Shown: positions 1-8,905, counted from the first letter of the stretch. The stretch: DNA of 32,000 bases from Horticoccus luteus (GCF_019464535.1 NZ_CP080507.1:870001-902000); one strand, 5' to 3'. The notes: generated from the letters alone by a model not told the origin. Numbers and translations are program-made.

Positions 1-2748
1 GGACTGGAGGTCGGAGGTGGCGCCGATGGGCAGCACGGACGCGGCGTTGATATAGTAATCGGCGTCGTCGGGGCTGAACCCGGTCTGCCGGGTCACTTCG
101 GTGGCGACCTCGGCGGCGGTCCAGGTGGGATGCTGGAAGGCCACCCAGTGATTCGCATTGGCGTAGAGATTCAGGTAGGGCGTGGGATTGCCGGTGCCGG
201 TCGGCACGAAGTCGAGGCGGAGCACGCGACCGGCGAGGGTGTTGATGTCGTTGGTCTGCGCGTTGCGCTGGAGGTCGTCGTAGCGGGTGACGCGGATGTT
301 GAGCGTGTTTTTCAGCAACGTGAGATTGAAGCCCCAGCTGGTTTCCGACCCGCTGGTGTTGGGCAGGCGATTGCGGTAAAGATCCTGCGCGGGCGGAGTG
401 GGCAGGAAGCTGTTCGACTTGTTAAAGTTGACCGAGAGACCGTCGACGAGCTCGCCGAGGAAGCCGTTGGAGCGGGCGATGGACTCACTCCAGCGAGTGT
501 TGGAAAACGGGCGGACGACAAACTGCACATTGGTCGTGCGGCCACCGGTCGAGAAGTAGTTCGGCTGCCAGCCGTTGACGATAGTATAGTCGAATGACGT
601 GCCATCGGGCTGGAGTATTTTGTTCGTGGGCGTGCCGGGATTGCCGTATTTGATATAAACGTTGTCGTTGCGGACGCCGAGGGTGGTGACCAGGCGGTCG
701 TCGAAGAGGTGACTCTGGACGACGGCGCCGTTGGTGCGGATGGTGGTCTTGGAATTGAGCGCGCCACCGGTTTTGTCGGCGGCCACCTGGTCGAGGACGA
801 GGTTGTCGGTGTGGAAAACGCCCGTGGCCGAGTTGCCCCACACGAACGGATAGGTGCCAAGCTTCAGATCGCCGGGAGCGTAGTCGACATTGTTGCCGAC
901 CTTGTCGCCGACGTAGAAACGATATTCGCCGGAGGTAACGGGGAGGTTGGCCGGAGTTCCGGAGGGGGCGGATTGAAAACCGGTATAGGTGCCGGCGGGA
1001 ATCCAAGGGGCCGCGGTCATGGCTTCGCGCCAGGAATACTGACGATTAACGCGGTATTTGTATTCGCTGTAGCCGGTGACCTGGAAAGAGCCCAGCCACT
1101 TGAGGAGGTTCTTCTCTTCGGTGAGATCGAGACGGTAGGCGAGTTGGGCGCGGGAGGTGTCCCACTTCTGGGGATTTTCCTGGATGCGGGGTTTGTCGAC
1201 GGCGAGGTAGGGGCGGCCGAGAAAGGGATTGGGGGTGCCATCCAGAAGGCGCTCGTTGATATCGACCATGAGCTGGCCGGACTGGCCGTTGTCGTTGGCG
1301 ATGCCGACAAAATTGCGCGCCCAGCGATCGGAGTCTTCGCGCATGAAGGCGAGCTGCGCGGCGAGCGTTTGGGTGGGCGAATTGAGGAAGAGCTGGTCGA
1401 TCTGTAAGAGGTTGGTGCTGGTGCGATCCCAGAAGCGGTTCGGGGCGGCCAGGTTGATCGAAGTCCAGTCGTAGATGCTGCGGTCGCTCACAGTCGGCGT
1501 CGTGTTGAACAGGTATTGGTCAAACGGACGCGGCGCGGTGCCGGAAAAGACGGAGCCGGCGGCGGCGGTGGTCTGGAGGAAGTGGGAGGCGGTGAAGTTG
1601 CCGATCGGCCCGGTGGCGTTTGTGGTGCTCTGCGGTGCGGACCAATAGGAAAGCCCCGATTGGTCGATGAACATCTGGCTGTGATTGTTGCCAAGGTAGC
1701 TCGAATTAAAATAGTCAGGGCCGTTATAGGTGGCGGCGGTATAGGGTCCGAGCGTGGCGCCGTTGACGTGGACCGTCATCGTGACGGGGTCCCAGGTGGG
1801 TTTGCCGCTGGCGAGCCAATAGGAGAGATTATCGCGCGGTGGGAGCGAGTTGGGGCGATTGCCGTAGGCGTGATAGTTATAGGACGAAAAGCTGATGGTC
1901 GTGAGCTTGAACGGCTGGTATTTGATCATGCCGTTATAGCGTTCTGTGCGGACGCCGGAGGGCTTGAGCTGAAACTCGTCGTCCTGATAGACGGCGCTGC
2001 CGCGGATCGCGAGTTTGTCCTTCAGGAGGACGCGATTGACGTCGAGGCTGGCGCGGTGACCGCCGAGAGCGTCGACGCGCAGGGCGAGGGTCGTGCGGTT
2101 GCGCGAGAGGTTGGCGGTGGCGGGCACTTGGTTGACGGTGCCGGAGGGATTGCCGAGGCCGAAGACGTTGGCGTTGGCGCCGCGGCTGATTTCCAAGGCA
2201 TCGATGGTGATCGGGTCGATCGGGACGCGGCCCATGGTCTCGATGTTGCCGAGCGAGGTATTGGCCGAGCCGATGCCGCGCACGCGGTTGGCCTGCGTCG
2301 GGTTGAGTTGCACATTGTCCGCCAGCGAGCCGTTGCGATCGAGGGTGTAATCCGTGTAAGTGCCGGTGCCTTCGGTGCCGGCAACGTAGAGAAAGACGTC
2401 GTTGGCATCGAGCATGGCGAAGTCGGACATCTGCTCTTTCGTCATGATAGTGACGGACGAGGCGAGGTCGGCGAGCTTCGTATTAAAGCGGGTGCCAGAC
2501 ATAGTATTCGCCGCGTAGTAGCCTTTACTGCTGGTGGAAACCTCGAAGGGCGACATCACGACAATATCATCGGTGCGCGGACTATCGTCTTTATCCGTAA
2601 CGACGGGGATGGCGTCCTTGCGATTGGGAGGAGTGCTGGTCGTGCCCGGCGCCGGTTGAGCGAGACCAGCGGGGACAGCGAGGGTAAGGCACAGCGGGAC
2701 CAGCAAAAGCTGGCGCAGCGCGAAGTCTCGGCAGAGGGAGGCTTTCAT
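1..2748 (-). CDS. TonB-dependent outer-membrane receptor; the 3' end runs off the left window edge and 916 codons are visible
   Basis: This gene is absent from the ORF track because no stop lies inside the window. Hand translation from the ATG (complement of 2746-2748) gives a signal peptide, MKASLCRDFALRQLLLVPLCLTLAVPAGLAQ. It continues with ...DDIVVMSPFEVSTSSKGYYAANTMSGTRFNTKLADLASSVTIMTKEQMSDFAMLDANDVFLY...IDALEISRGANANVFGLGNPSGTVN, which is a typical TonB-receptor plug. I read about 290 codons with no stop. The same frame is open at bases 1-60 (..DYYINAASVLPIGATSDLQS). The track lists no minus-strand ORF in this frame, so it must be open to the edge. Plus-strand ORFs 130-597, 709-1407 and 1516-2757 are antisense shadows. 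Confidence 0.8.
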   Translation of the reverse strand, partial: MKASLCRDFALRQLLLVPLCLTLAVPAGLAQPAPGTTSTPPNRKDAIPVVTDKDDSPRTDDIVVMSPFEVSTSSKGYYAANTMSGTRFNTKLADLASSVTIMTKEQMSDFAMLDANDVFLYVAGTEGTGTYTDYTLDRNGSLADNVQLNPTQANRVRGIGSANTSLGNIETMGRVPIDPITIDALEISRGANANVFGLGNPSGTVNQVPATANLSRNRTTLALRVDALGGHRASLDVNRVLLKDKLAIRGSAVYQDDEFQLKPSGVRTERYNGMIKYQPFKLTTISFSSYNYHAYGNRPNSLPPRDNLSYWLASGKPTWDPVTMTVHVNGATLGPYTAATYNGPDYFNSSYLGNNHSQMFIDQSGLSYWSAPQSTTNATGPIGNFTASHFLQTTAAAGSVFSGTAPRPFDQYLFNTTPTVSDRSIYDWTSINLAAPNRFWDRTSTNLLQIDQLFLNSPTQTLAAQLAFMREDSDRWARNFVGIANDNGQSGQLMVDINERLLDGTPNPFLGRPYLAVDKPRIQENPQKWDTSRAQLAYRLDLTEEKNLLKWLGSFQVTGYSEYKYRVNRQYSWREAMTAAPWIPAGTYTGFQSAPSGTPANLPVTSGEYRFYVGDKVGNNVDYAPGDLKLGTYPFVWGNSATGVFHTDNLVLDQVAADKTGGALNSKTTIRTNGAVVQSHLFDDRLVTTLGVRNDNVYIKYGNPGTPTNKILQPDGTSFDYTIVNGWQPNYFSTGGRTTNVQFVVRPFSNTRWSESIARSNGFLGELVDGLSVNFNKSNSFLPTPPAQDLYRNRLPNTSGSETSWGFNLTLLKNTLNIRVTRYDDLQRNAQTNDINTLAGRVLRLDFVPTGTGNPTPYLNLYANANHWVAFQHPTWTAAEVATEVTRQTGFSPDDADYYINAASVLPIGATSDLQS

Positions 2749-2980
2749 AGGTGGTAGGAGGAGTAAGATACGGGGCGAACGGTGCTTCCATGGGCCGCGC
2801 GTGGGCGGCAGAGAAGGGGCGAGGGGTTCGGTCAGTCCGAGAAGGTGGTAGTCTGCTGAAGTGCGAAAAAGACAGCCGGGGAACAGCGCGCAGGGAACGA
2901 GAAGAGGGAGGGTAACTCGACTAGATACGTGCGCTACAGAGGACGGTTGGCGGAGTGTAAACAACGGCGTTGGTGCGCGC

Positions 2981-3020
2981 ATTGTTGACTAAAGAAACTT
3001 ATGAATATGAATATAGTAAC
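2981..3020 (+). promoter_or_regulatory. AT-rich island with promoter-like hexamers upstream of the hydroxyproline operon
   Basis: This is the only AT-rich patch in the 333-bp divergent spacer: attgTTGACTaaagaaacttatgaatatgaaTATAGTaac. TTGACT lies at 2985-2990 and TATAGT at 3012-3017, but the 21-nt spacing is non-ideal. TGAATA at 3008-3013 has 17-nt spacing. If this is the promoter, the ATG at 3001 cannot be the epimerase start. This is a sequence pattern only. Confidence 0.2.
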
Positions 3021-3081
3021 GCCCGGCGCGGCGGAACTTACGGGCTTGAGGCGACGAGCGGCGCGGTTGATACCATCGAGG

Positions 3082-4032
3082 ATGGCGTCCAACTTTCACT
3101 CGGTGCGAGTCATTGATTCCCACACGGCGGGCGAACCGACGCGGGTAGTGCTCGAGGGCGGTCCGGCCCTCGGCGATGGGCCGCTCGCGGACCGGGTGAC
3201 GCGGTTTCGCGCGGACTTCGATGCGTATCGTTCGGCGATCGTGAACGAGCCGCGCGGGTCGGACACCGTGGTCGGTGCGTTACTGGTGGAGCCGCATGCC
3301 GCGGACTGCGCGGCAGGTGTCATCTTCTTCAACAACGTCGGCTATCTCGGCATGTGCGGCCACGGGACCATGGGCGTGGTGGCCACACTCGCGCACCTGG
3401 GGCGGTTGCAACCGGGGACGGTGAGGTTGGATACGCCGGTCGGCGTGGTCAGCGGGCAGTTGGGCGAGCAGGGGGAAGTGGCGGTGCACAACGTGGCGAG
3501 CCGGCGCACGGCGCGGGACGTGCGGGTGCAGGTCGCAGGGTTTGGGGAGGTGCGGGGCGATGTGGCGTGGGGCGGCAACTGGTTTTTCCTGGCGGACGCG
3601 GACGAGCGGATGGGGCGGGTGGAACGAGGCAACGTGGAGGCGTTGACGGACATCGCGTGGCGCATCCGGGGAGCGGTCAACGCGGCGGGCTACGGCGATG
3701 TAGACCACGTGGAGTTGAGCGCGGCGGCTGAAGGAGCGGGCGTGCCCGGGAGGAATTTCGTGCTGTGCCCGGGAAAGGCGTATGACCGTTCGCCCTGCGG
3801 CACGGGCACGAGCGCCAAGCTGGCGTGTCTGGCGGCGGACGGAAAACTCGCGGAGGGTGCGCCCTGGGTGCAGGAGAGCGTGACCGGCAGCAGATTTCGC
3901 GGGACGTATCGGTGGGTGGATCGCGCGGCGGGCGTAATCGCACCGACGATCGCCGGACGCGCATTTATCACCGCGGAGAGTGTGCTGCGACTGGACGCGG
4001 CGGACCCATTTTGCTGGGGCATCAAAGGTTAA
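3082..4032 (+). CDS. 4-hydroxyproline 2-epimerase (proline racemase superfamily, Cys/Cys type)
   Basis: Family motifs are present: VRVIDSHTAGEPTRVV, EPRGSDTVVGALL, FFNNVGYLGMCGHGTMG (first catalytic Cys), FVLCPGKAYDRSPCGTGTSAKLACLAADGKL (second catalytic Cys) and DPFCWGI. The ORF opens at 3001, but the family normally starts a few residues before the IDSH motif. I therefore prefer the ATG at 3082 (MASNFHSVRVIDSH). Confidence 0.9.
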   Translation: MASNFHSVRVIDSHTAGEPTRVVLEGGPALGDGPLADRVTRFRADFDAYRSAIVNEPRGSDTVVGALLVEPHAADCAAGVIFFNNVGYLGMCGHGTMGVVATLAHLGRLQPGTVRLDTPVGVVSGQLGEQGEVAVHNVASRRTARDVRVQVAGFGEVRGDVAWGGNWFFLADADERMGRVERGNVEALTDIAWRIRGAVNAAGYGDVDHVELSAAAEGAGVPGRNFVLCPGKAYDRSPCGTGTSAKLACLAADGKLAEGAPWVQESVTGSRFRGTYRWVDRAAGVIAPTIAGRAFITAESVLRLDAADPFCWGIKG

Positions 4033-4036
4033 AATT

Positions 4037-5299
4037 ATGAACAACGCGCGTTCGGTCATCGTGGTGGGCGGAGGAGTGGTGGGGTTGTGCACGGCGTATT
4101 ACCTCGCGCGGGAGGGATTCGCCGTGACGGTCGTGGAACGCAGTGCGGAAGGCGCGGATTCGTGCGCGCATGGCAGCGCGGGTTACGTGTCGCCGAGCCA
4201 CGTCGTGCCGCTCTCGGCACCGGGCATGGTGAAACAAGGGCTGAAGTGGATGCTGAGCTCCCGCAGCCCGTTTTATATCAAGCCGCGGCTCGACCCGACG
4301 TTGTGGCGATGGGCGTGGCTGTTTGCGCAGTCGTGCACGCCGGAGCACACGCGTCGTGCGGCACCGTTGCTGCGTGATCTCTGCGTGGCGGCGCGGGCGT
4401 TGTTTGGGGAGCTCGCAGCGCAGACGGGCAACGCGTTCGAGCTGCGAAGGGAGGGGTTGTTGAATTTGTGCCAGACGGAAGAAATGTTGGAGCACGAAAC
4501 GCACGGACTGGCCCGGCTGGCGAACGAACTGGGCGTGGAAGCGCGCACCATCGACGCGCGCGAGGCGGGGGCGCTTGAACCGGGAATAAAAATGAAGGTG
4601 GTCGGCGCGGTATATTTTCCGGGTGATGCGCATTTGAGTCCGCGCAAATTCGTGCCGGTGATGGCGGCGCGGGCGCGCGAGGCGGGCGTGGCGTTCCGTT
4701 GGGAGACGACGGTGCGCGGGTGGGCGACCGCCGGTGGGCGGGTGACGGGCGTGGCGACCTCGACGGGTCTTTTAACGGCGGACGAATATGTCATCGCGAC
4801 GGGCTCGTGGGCGGGCGACACCGTGACGGGTTTGCGGCTGCGCGTGCCGATGCAGGCGGGTAAAGGTTACAGCCTGACCTTGGCACGACCCCGGTGGCAG
4901 TTGACGAAATCGCTGATTCTGACGGAGCGCCGCGTGGCGGTGACGCCGATGGGCGAGACCCTGCGATTTGGCGGGACGATGGAAATCAGCGGACATGATG
5001 GCCGCGTGCGGCCGGAACGGGTGGAGCAGATCGTGGCCGGGGCGCGGGCGTTTTTCCCGGAGATGACGGCGGAGGATTTTGCAGGCGTGAAGCCGTGGTT
5101 TGGTTATCGGCCGGTGTCGCCGGACGGGCTGCCGTATATCGGGCGATTTGGGCGTTATGCCAACCTCACGGCGGCGTGCGGCCATGCCATGCTGGGGCTG
5201 ACGATGGCGCCGATCACGGGCGTGCTGGTGGCGGATGTGCTGGCGGGTCGCGCGCCGCGGGTGGATCTGGCGATGTTGCGGCCGGACCGGTTTGCATGA
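4037..5299 (+). CDS. FAD-dependent D-amino-acid / cis-4-hydroxy-D-proline dehydrogenase (DadA/DAO family)
   Basis: The N-terminal Rossmann FAD motif is MNNARSVIVVGGGVVGLCTAYYLAREGFAVTVVERS. A DAO-family C-terminal region is present (GLPYIGRF...NLTAACGHAMLGLTMAPITG). The ATG at 4037 lies 4 nt after the epimerase stop, so the longer track ORF from 3980 overlaps the epimerase and is rejected. The product call rests on operon context with the epimerase. Confidence 0.8.
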   Translation: MNNARSVIVVGGGVVGLCTAYYLAREGFAVTVVERSAEGADSCAHGSAGYVSPSHVVPLSAPGMVKQGLKWMLSSRSPFYIKPRLDPTLWRWAWLFAQSCTPEHTRRAAPLLRDLCVAARALFGELAAQTGNAFELRREGLLNLCQTEEMLEHETHGLARLANELGVEARTIDAREAGALEPGIKMKVVGAVYFPGDAHLSPRKFVPVMAARAREAGVAFRWETTVRGWATAGGRVTGVATSTGLLTADEYVIATGSWAGDTVTGLRLRVPMQAGKGYSLTLARPRWQLTKSLILTERRVAVTPMGETLRFGGTMEISGHDGRVRPERVEQIVAGARAFFPEMTAEDFAGVKPWFGYRPVSPDGLPYIGRFGRYANLTAACGHAMLGLTMAPITGVLVADVLAGRAPRVDLAMLRPDRFA

Positions 5300-5380
5300 G
5301 AGCGAGCGCTGAAGCGGCCAGTGGCGAGGTGAAGAGTGGAGTGCGGCTTGCGCTCAACGCGGGCGGGGCGAAGGTGGGGC

Positions 5381-6979
5381 ATGCGCATCACAGGCCGGTC
5401 ACTGATTGGATGGGGTGAGGGAACGCCGGGCGGAAAACGGTTCCACGGTTGCGATCCGGCGCGCGGCGTGGAGTTGGCGCCGGCGTTTGCGAGTGCGACG
5501 GGCGAGGACGTGACTCGGGCGGTGGAGCTGGCGCGCGCCGCGGCGCCGATCGTGGCGCGGAAGACGGGCGCGGAGCGGGCGGCGTTGTTGCAACGCGTGG
5601 CGGAAAAACTGGAAGCGAATGGGGCGGTGCTGGCGGAGCGCGCCGCGCAGGAGACGGCGCTGGCGCCGGGCCGGTGCGAGAGCGAGATCGCGCGCACGGC
5701 GGGGCAATTGCGGCTGTATGGGGCGGAAGCGGCGCAGGGCGACTGGCTCGATGCGCGCATCGAAACGGCGCAGCCGGACCGGCAGCCGACGTCGAAGCCG
5801 GATCACCGCTCGATGCTGCGGCCGTTGGGGCCGGTGGTGGTGTTTGGCGCGAGTAATTTTCCGTTCGCGTATTCGGTGGCCGGGGGCGACACGGCGTCGG
5901 CCTTGGCGGCGGGCTGCCCGGTGATCGTGAAGGCGCATCCGGCGCATCCTGGCACGGGTGAGTTGGTGGGACGACTGGTCGTTGCCGCGGTGCGGGAGTG
6001 CGGCTGGCCGGAGGGCACGTTTTCGCTGTTGTTCGATGCGGGCTTCGAGGTCGGGCAGGCGTTGGTGAAACACGCGGCGGTGCAGGCGGTGGGGTTTACG
6101 GGTTCGTTGCGCGGCGGGCGGGCGCTGGCGGATCTGGCGGCGGCACGGGCGGAGCCGATTCCGGTGTATGCGGAGATGGGAAGCGTGAATCCGGTGTTTG
6201 TGCGGCCGGGCGCCATCGCGGAGCACGGGGCGGAACTGGCGGAGCAGTTGCACGCGTCGGCGACTCTGGCGGTCGGGCAGTTTTGCACGAATCCGGGTGT
6301 GATCGTGGTCGAGCGTTCCGCCGCGGCGGAGGTGTGGGTGCGGCAACTCGCGGAGAAATTGGAAGCGACGGCGCCGGCGACCATGCTCACGCCGGGGATG
6401 GCGGAGAAGTTTTGGGAGGGCGTGGCGAAGCGGGCGCAGTCGGCGCGGACGGTGGTGGGCGAAAAGGCGCGGGAGAAAAACGCGGGAACGGGGGCGACGG
6501 CGCGGCCGGTGTGGTTCGAGACGGACGCGGTGGTGTTTGCACGGGAGCGGGGGTTGTCGGAGGAAATTTTCGGCCCAAGTGCGGTCGTGGTGTGGTGTCG
6601 CGATCACGCGGAAATGCTGGACGTGGCGCGGCACCTCGAAGGCAGCCTGACGGCGACGTTGCTCGCGGGTGCGGCGGAGGCGGCGGGGGAGCGCGAGTTG
6701 ATCGAGGTGCTGGCGAGCCGGGCGGGGCGGGTCATTCTAAATGGATTTCCGACGGGCTTGGAGGTCAGTCACGCGATCGTGCATGGCGGACCGTATCCGG
6801 CGACGAGCGACGGCGGGCGCAGCACCTCGGTCGGCACGCGCGCGCTCCAGCGATGGACGCGGTTGGTGTGCTACCAGAATTTCGCGGACGAGCTGCTGCC
6901 GGTGGAATTACAGAACGCGAATCCGCGGGGGCTGCTGCGGCGGGTGAACGGCGAGTGGACGCGCGGGGCGGTCAGGTGA
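5381..6979 (+). CDS. Aldehyde dehydrogenase, alpha-ketoglutarate semialdehyde (2,5-dioxovalerate) dehydrogenase type
   Basis: ALDH motifs are present: PLGPVVVFGASNFPFAYSVAGGDTASALAAGCPVIVKAHPAHPGT, VGFTGSLRGGRAL, EMGSVNPVFV and the catalytic Cys in GQFCTNPGV. Its roughly 530-aa size and placement after the hydroxyproline epimerase and dehydrogenase fit the KGSADH class. The start is taken at the ATG at 5381 (MRITGRSLIG). Confidence 0.8.
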   Translation: MRITGRSLIGWGEGTPGGKRFHGCDPARGVELAPAFASATGEDVTRAVELARAAAPIVARKTGAERAALLQRVAEKLEANGAVLAERAAQETALAPGRCESEIARTAGQLRLYGAEAAQGDWLDARIETAQPDRQPTSKPDHRSMLRPLGPVVVFGASNFPFAYSVAGGDTASALAAGCPVIVKAHPAHPGTGELVGRLVVAAVRECGWPEGTFSLLFDAGFEVGQALVKHAAVQAVGFTGSLRGGRALADLAAARAEPIPVYAEMGSVNPVFVRPGAIAEHGAELAEQLHASATLAVGQFCTNPGVIVVERSAAAEVWVRQLAEKLEATAPATMLTPGMAEKFWEGVAKRAQSARTVVGEKAREKNAGTGATARPVWFETDAVVFARERGLSEEIFGPSAVVVWCRDHAEMLDVARHLEGSLTATLLAGAAEAAGERELIEVLASRAGRVILNGFPTGLEVSHAIVHGGPYPATSDGGRSTSVGTRALQRWTRLVCYQNFADELLPVELQNANPRGLLRRVNGEWTRGAVR

Positions 6980-7469
6980 GTTTGGCGGCGGCGTGGCGGA
7001 TGGCGCGGCCGTAGGCGGTGAGGCCGGGATCTTCGGTGGTGTCGCAGAGCGCTTCGAGCACGAGGGCGAGGGCTTCGCCGGACCGGCCTTGGGCGTGCAA
7101 GGTGAGCGCGAGGAAGACGTCGAGTTCGCGGTTATCGGGAAACTGCAGGCGGGCGGCGCGGAGGATCGCGGCGGAGCGGTCGAGCTGGCCGAGGGCGCGC
7201 AAGGTGGCGCCGAGACCGAGGTAGGCGTTGGAGAGTTCGTTGGGCGGCAGGCCGAGCGCGATGGCTTTTTCGTAGGCGGGCAGCGCGGCGTCGAGGCGGC
7301 CGAGGGTTTCGCAAGTCCAGGCGATCTGCGCGGCGATTTCAGCGACGTTGGGATGACGGCGGTCGAGCGCTTCGAGGCGAGGCAGGAGTTGATTGAACTG
7401 GCCGTGTGAGCGGGCGCCGACGATGGCGTCGAGTTCTTCTCTCCAAGCGGGACGGGCGTCGAAGCTCAT
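6972..7469 (-). CDS. Small tetratricopeptide-repeat protein (TPR_5-like)
   Basis: The sequence MSFDARPAW...AAQIAWTCETLGRLDAALPAYEKAIALGL...YLGLGATLRALGQLDRSAAILRAARLQFPDNRELDVFLALTLHAQGRSGEALALVLEAL...YGRAIRHAAAKL shows TPR helical-pair periodicity. It resembles the short TPR_5 family as I remember it. The start is taken at the ATG at 7469, internal to track ORF 6972-7529. The 3' end overlaps the convergent ALDH gene by 8 nt. Confidence 0.65.
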   Translation of the reverse strand: MSFDARPAWREELDAIVGARSHGQFNQLLPRLEALDRRHPNVAEIAAQIAWTCETLGRLDAALPAYEKAIALGLPPNELSNAYLGLGATLRALGQLDRSAAILRAARLQFPDNRELDVFLALTLHAQGRSGEALALVLEALCDTTEDPGLTAYGRAIRHAAAKLT

Positions 7470-7567
7470 GGCGGCAGCTTGGCCGACGAGGAAAGGCTGT
7501 CGATGCTGGGACGCGGGCGGATGCGCCAAACGGGTTGCGTGCGGCCGGTGGCCGGATAGGGACAGGC

Positions 7568-8338
7568 GTGCACAAAATCCTCTTCATCGGGCTGGCGGTC
7601 GTGGGGCTGTGGACGTCGCGGGCGGGAGCGGCGGACGAGGCGGCGGAGCCGGATCCACTGCAGGGCGCGCCGGCGCCGCTCGCGGCAGCGATTCGAAAAT
7701 ACGCGGAGGACACGCAGCGGTGGGCGTTCACGCAGCACACGTTGGTTTACGACAAGAACGGCAAGTTGAAGGAGGAGCGGCGGTCGCGGTTCGATCCATC
7801 GGTGGGACCGGAGGAGCGTTGGACGTTGCTCGAGAGAGATGGGAAGGCGCCGGATGATTCGGCGCAGCGGAAATTCCGGCGCGAGCGGGCGAAACAGCGG
7901 CTGGACCGGAGTTCGCTGGGCGAGTTGCTGGAAGTGAAGCGGGCGGCGGTCGTGGCGGATGAGCCGGCCGCGATCACGTATGAAGTGCCGTTGCGCAGCG
8001 AGGGGAACTGGCGGCTGCCGCCGGACAAATTCACGGTATTGATCCGGGTGGCGCGGCAAAAAGAAACGCTGGAATCGGTGGACGTGAAATTGCGGGCGCC
8101 GATGCGGGTGAAGCTGGTGGCCAAGATCAAACGCGGGGGCGCGCTGCTGACGTTTACGGCGGTGGACGACAAGCACGCGGCGCCGTTGACGGAGATCAAA
8201 GCGGACGGGGCGGGGTCGATCTTCTTCGTGCCGGTATCGGCGAGTTACGATTTGACGCGCAGCGATTTCAAACGCGTGAAGCCGTGGGACGAACGTTTCG
8301 GCGTGAAGATCGGGCCGCTGAAGGTGCTCGATTATTGA
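7568..8338 (+). CDS. Secreted hypothetical protein
   Basis: The GTG at 7568 gives (M)HKILFIGLAVVGLWTSRAGA|ADE, a good Sec signal peptide. The upstream part of track ORF 7406-8338 is Arg-rich and overlaps the TPR gene start. The mature part is charged and soluble (..RWAFTQHTLVYDKNGKLKEERRSRFDPSVGPEERWTLLERDGK..). I recognise no family. Confidence 0.6.
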   Translation: MHKILFIGLAVVGLWTSRAGAADEAAEPDPLQGAPAPLAAAIRKYAEDTQRWAFTQHTLVYDKNGKLKEERRSRFDPSVGPEERWTLLERDGKAPDDSAQRKFRRERAKQRLDRSSLGELLEVKRAAVVADEPAAITYEVPLRSEGNWRLPPDKFTVLIRVARQKETLESVDVKLRAPMRVKLVAKIKRGGALLTFTAVDDKHAAPLTEIKADGAGSIFFVPVSASYDLTRSDFKRVKPWDERFGVKIGPLKVLDY

Positions 8339-8410
8339 GCGGTGGCTGCGGAGTGCGGGGCGCAATGCGGAGTGAAGGCACCCCGCCTACATGGTTACTG
8401 GTTTCGCGGT

Positions 8411-8905
8411 CTATCGCGGGGGCGCGGCGGTGATGACGGCGTAAGCGAAGAGCGCGATCATGAGGAGCGCACAGATGGCGCGGGCGAAGGTGCCGGCGAG
8501 GAAGCCCAGCGTGGCGCCGACGCCGGAGCGCAGGGCATCGCGATCGGTGCGGCGGCCGAAGATTTTTTCCGCGGCGATGGCGCCAAACATCGTGCCGAAG
8601 ATCAGCGCGGGCAGAGAGAAAAACATGCCCACGAGCGCGCCGCCGGTCGCGCCGGTCATGCCCCATTTTGAGCCGCCGAAAAGGCGCGTGCCGACGAGCG
8701 TGCAGATGAGGTCAACCGCCAGCGAAAACACCCACACGGCGCCGATCCAAAAGACGGCGGTCCAGGTGATGGTGGCGGGGAGGAGCAGGCGTTGGAGAAT
8801 CACGCCGGCGAACATGAGCGTCGTGCCGGGGAGCAGCGGCACGACGGAGCCGACCGCGCCGACGAGGAGCAGGAGCAGCGTGAGCGTCCAGTAGAGATAC
8901 TCCAT
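8411..8905 (-). CDS. DUF456-family integral membrane protein
   Basis: The 164-aa protein has four hydrophobic segments. The N-terminus MEYLYWTLTLLLLLVGAVGSVVPLLPGTTLMFAGV and the motif GGSKWGMTGATGGALVGMF are typical of DUF456. It lies 32 nt downstream of thrS on the same strand. Confidence 0.75.
   Translation of the reverse strand: MEYLYWTLTLLLLLVGAVGSVVPLLPGTTLMFAGVILQRLLLPATITWTAVFWIGAVWVFSLAVDLICTLVGTRLFGGSKWGMTGATGGALVGMFFSLPALIFGTMFGAIAAEKIFGRRTDRDALRSGVGATLGFLAGTFARAICALLMIALFAYAVITAAPPR

Noticed and set aside
130-2757. Plus-strand ORFs 130-597, 709-1407 and 1516-2757 (up to 413 aa).
   Set aside because: These are Gly/Ala/Val/Arg-rich translations with no motifs. They lie antisense to the TonB-dependent receptor frame and are typical high-GC shadow ORFs.
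2840-2925. Fragments resembling pieces of a cobalamin riboswitch (gtgcgaaaaagacagcc...cagggaac) near a TonB-dependent receptor.
   Set aside because: They lie on the plus strand, which is the wrong strand for the receptor leader. The conserved GCCACTG B12-box core is absent on either strand. The similarity is limited to short GC-rich words.
3001-3081. A longer N-terminus for the hydroxyproline epimerase starting at ATG 3001 (MNMNIVTPGAAELTGLRRRAARLIPSR...).
   Set aside because: Family members start a few residues before the IDSHT motif. The extension begins inside the only AT-rich, promoter-like patch of the spacer. It is kept as a possible alternative only.
7406-7567. The long form of the secreted protein (310 aa) beginning at 7406.
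   Set aside because: The extra 54 residues are Arg/Gly-rich and overlap the divergent TPR gene start. They would also bury the signal peptide internally. The GTG at 7568 gives a canonical signal peptide.
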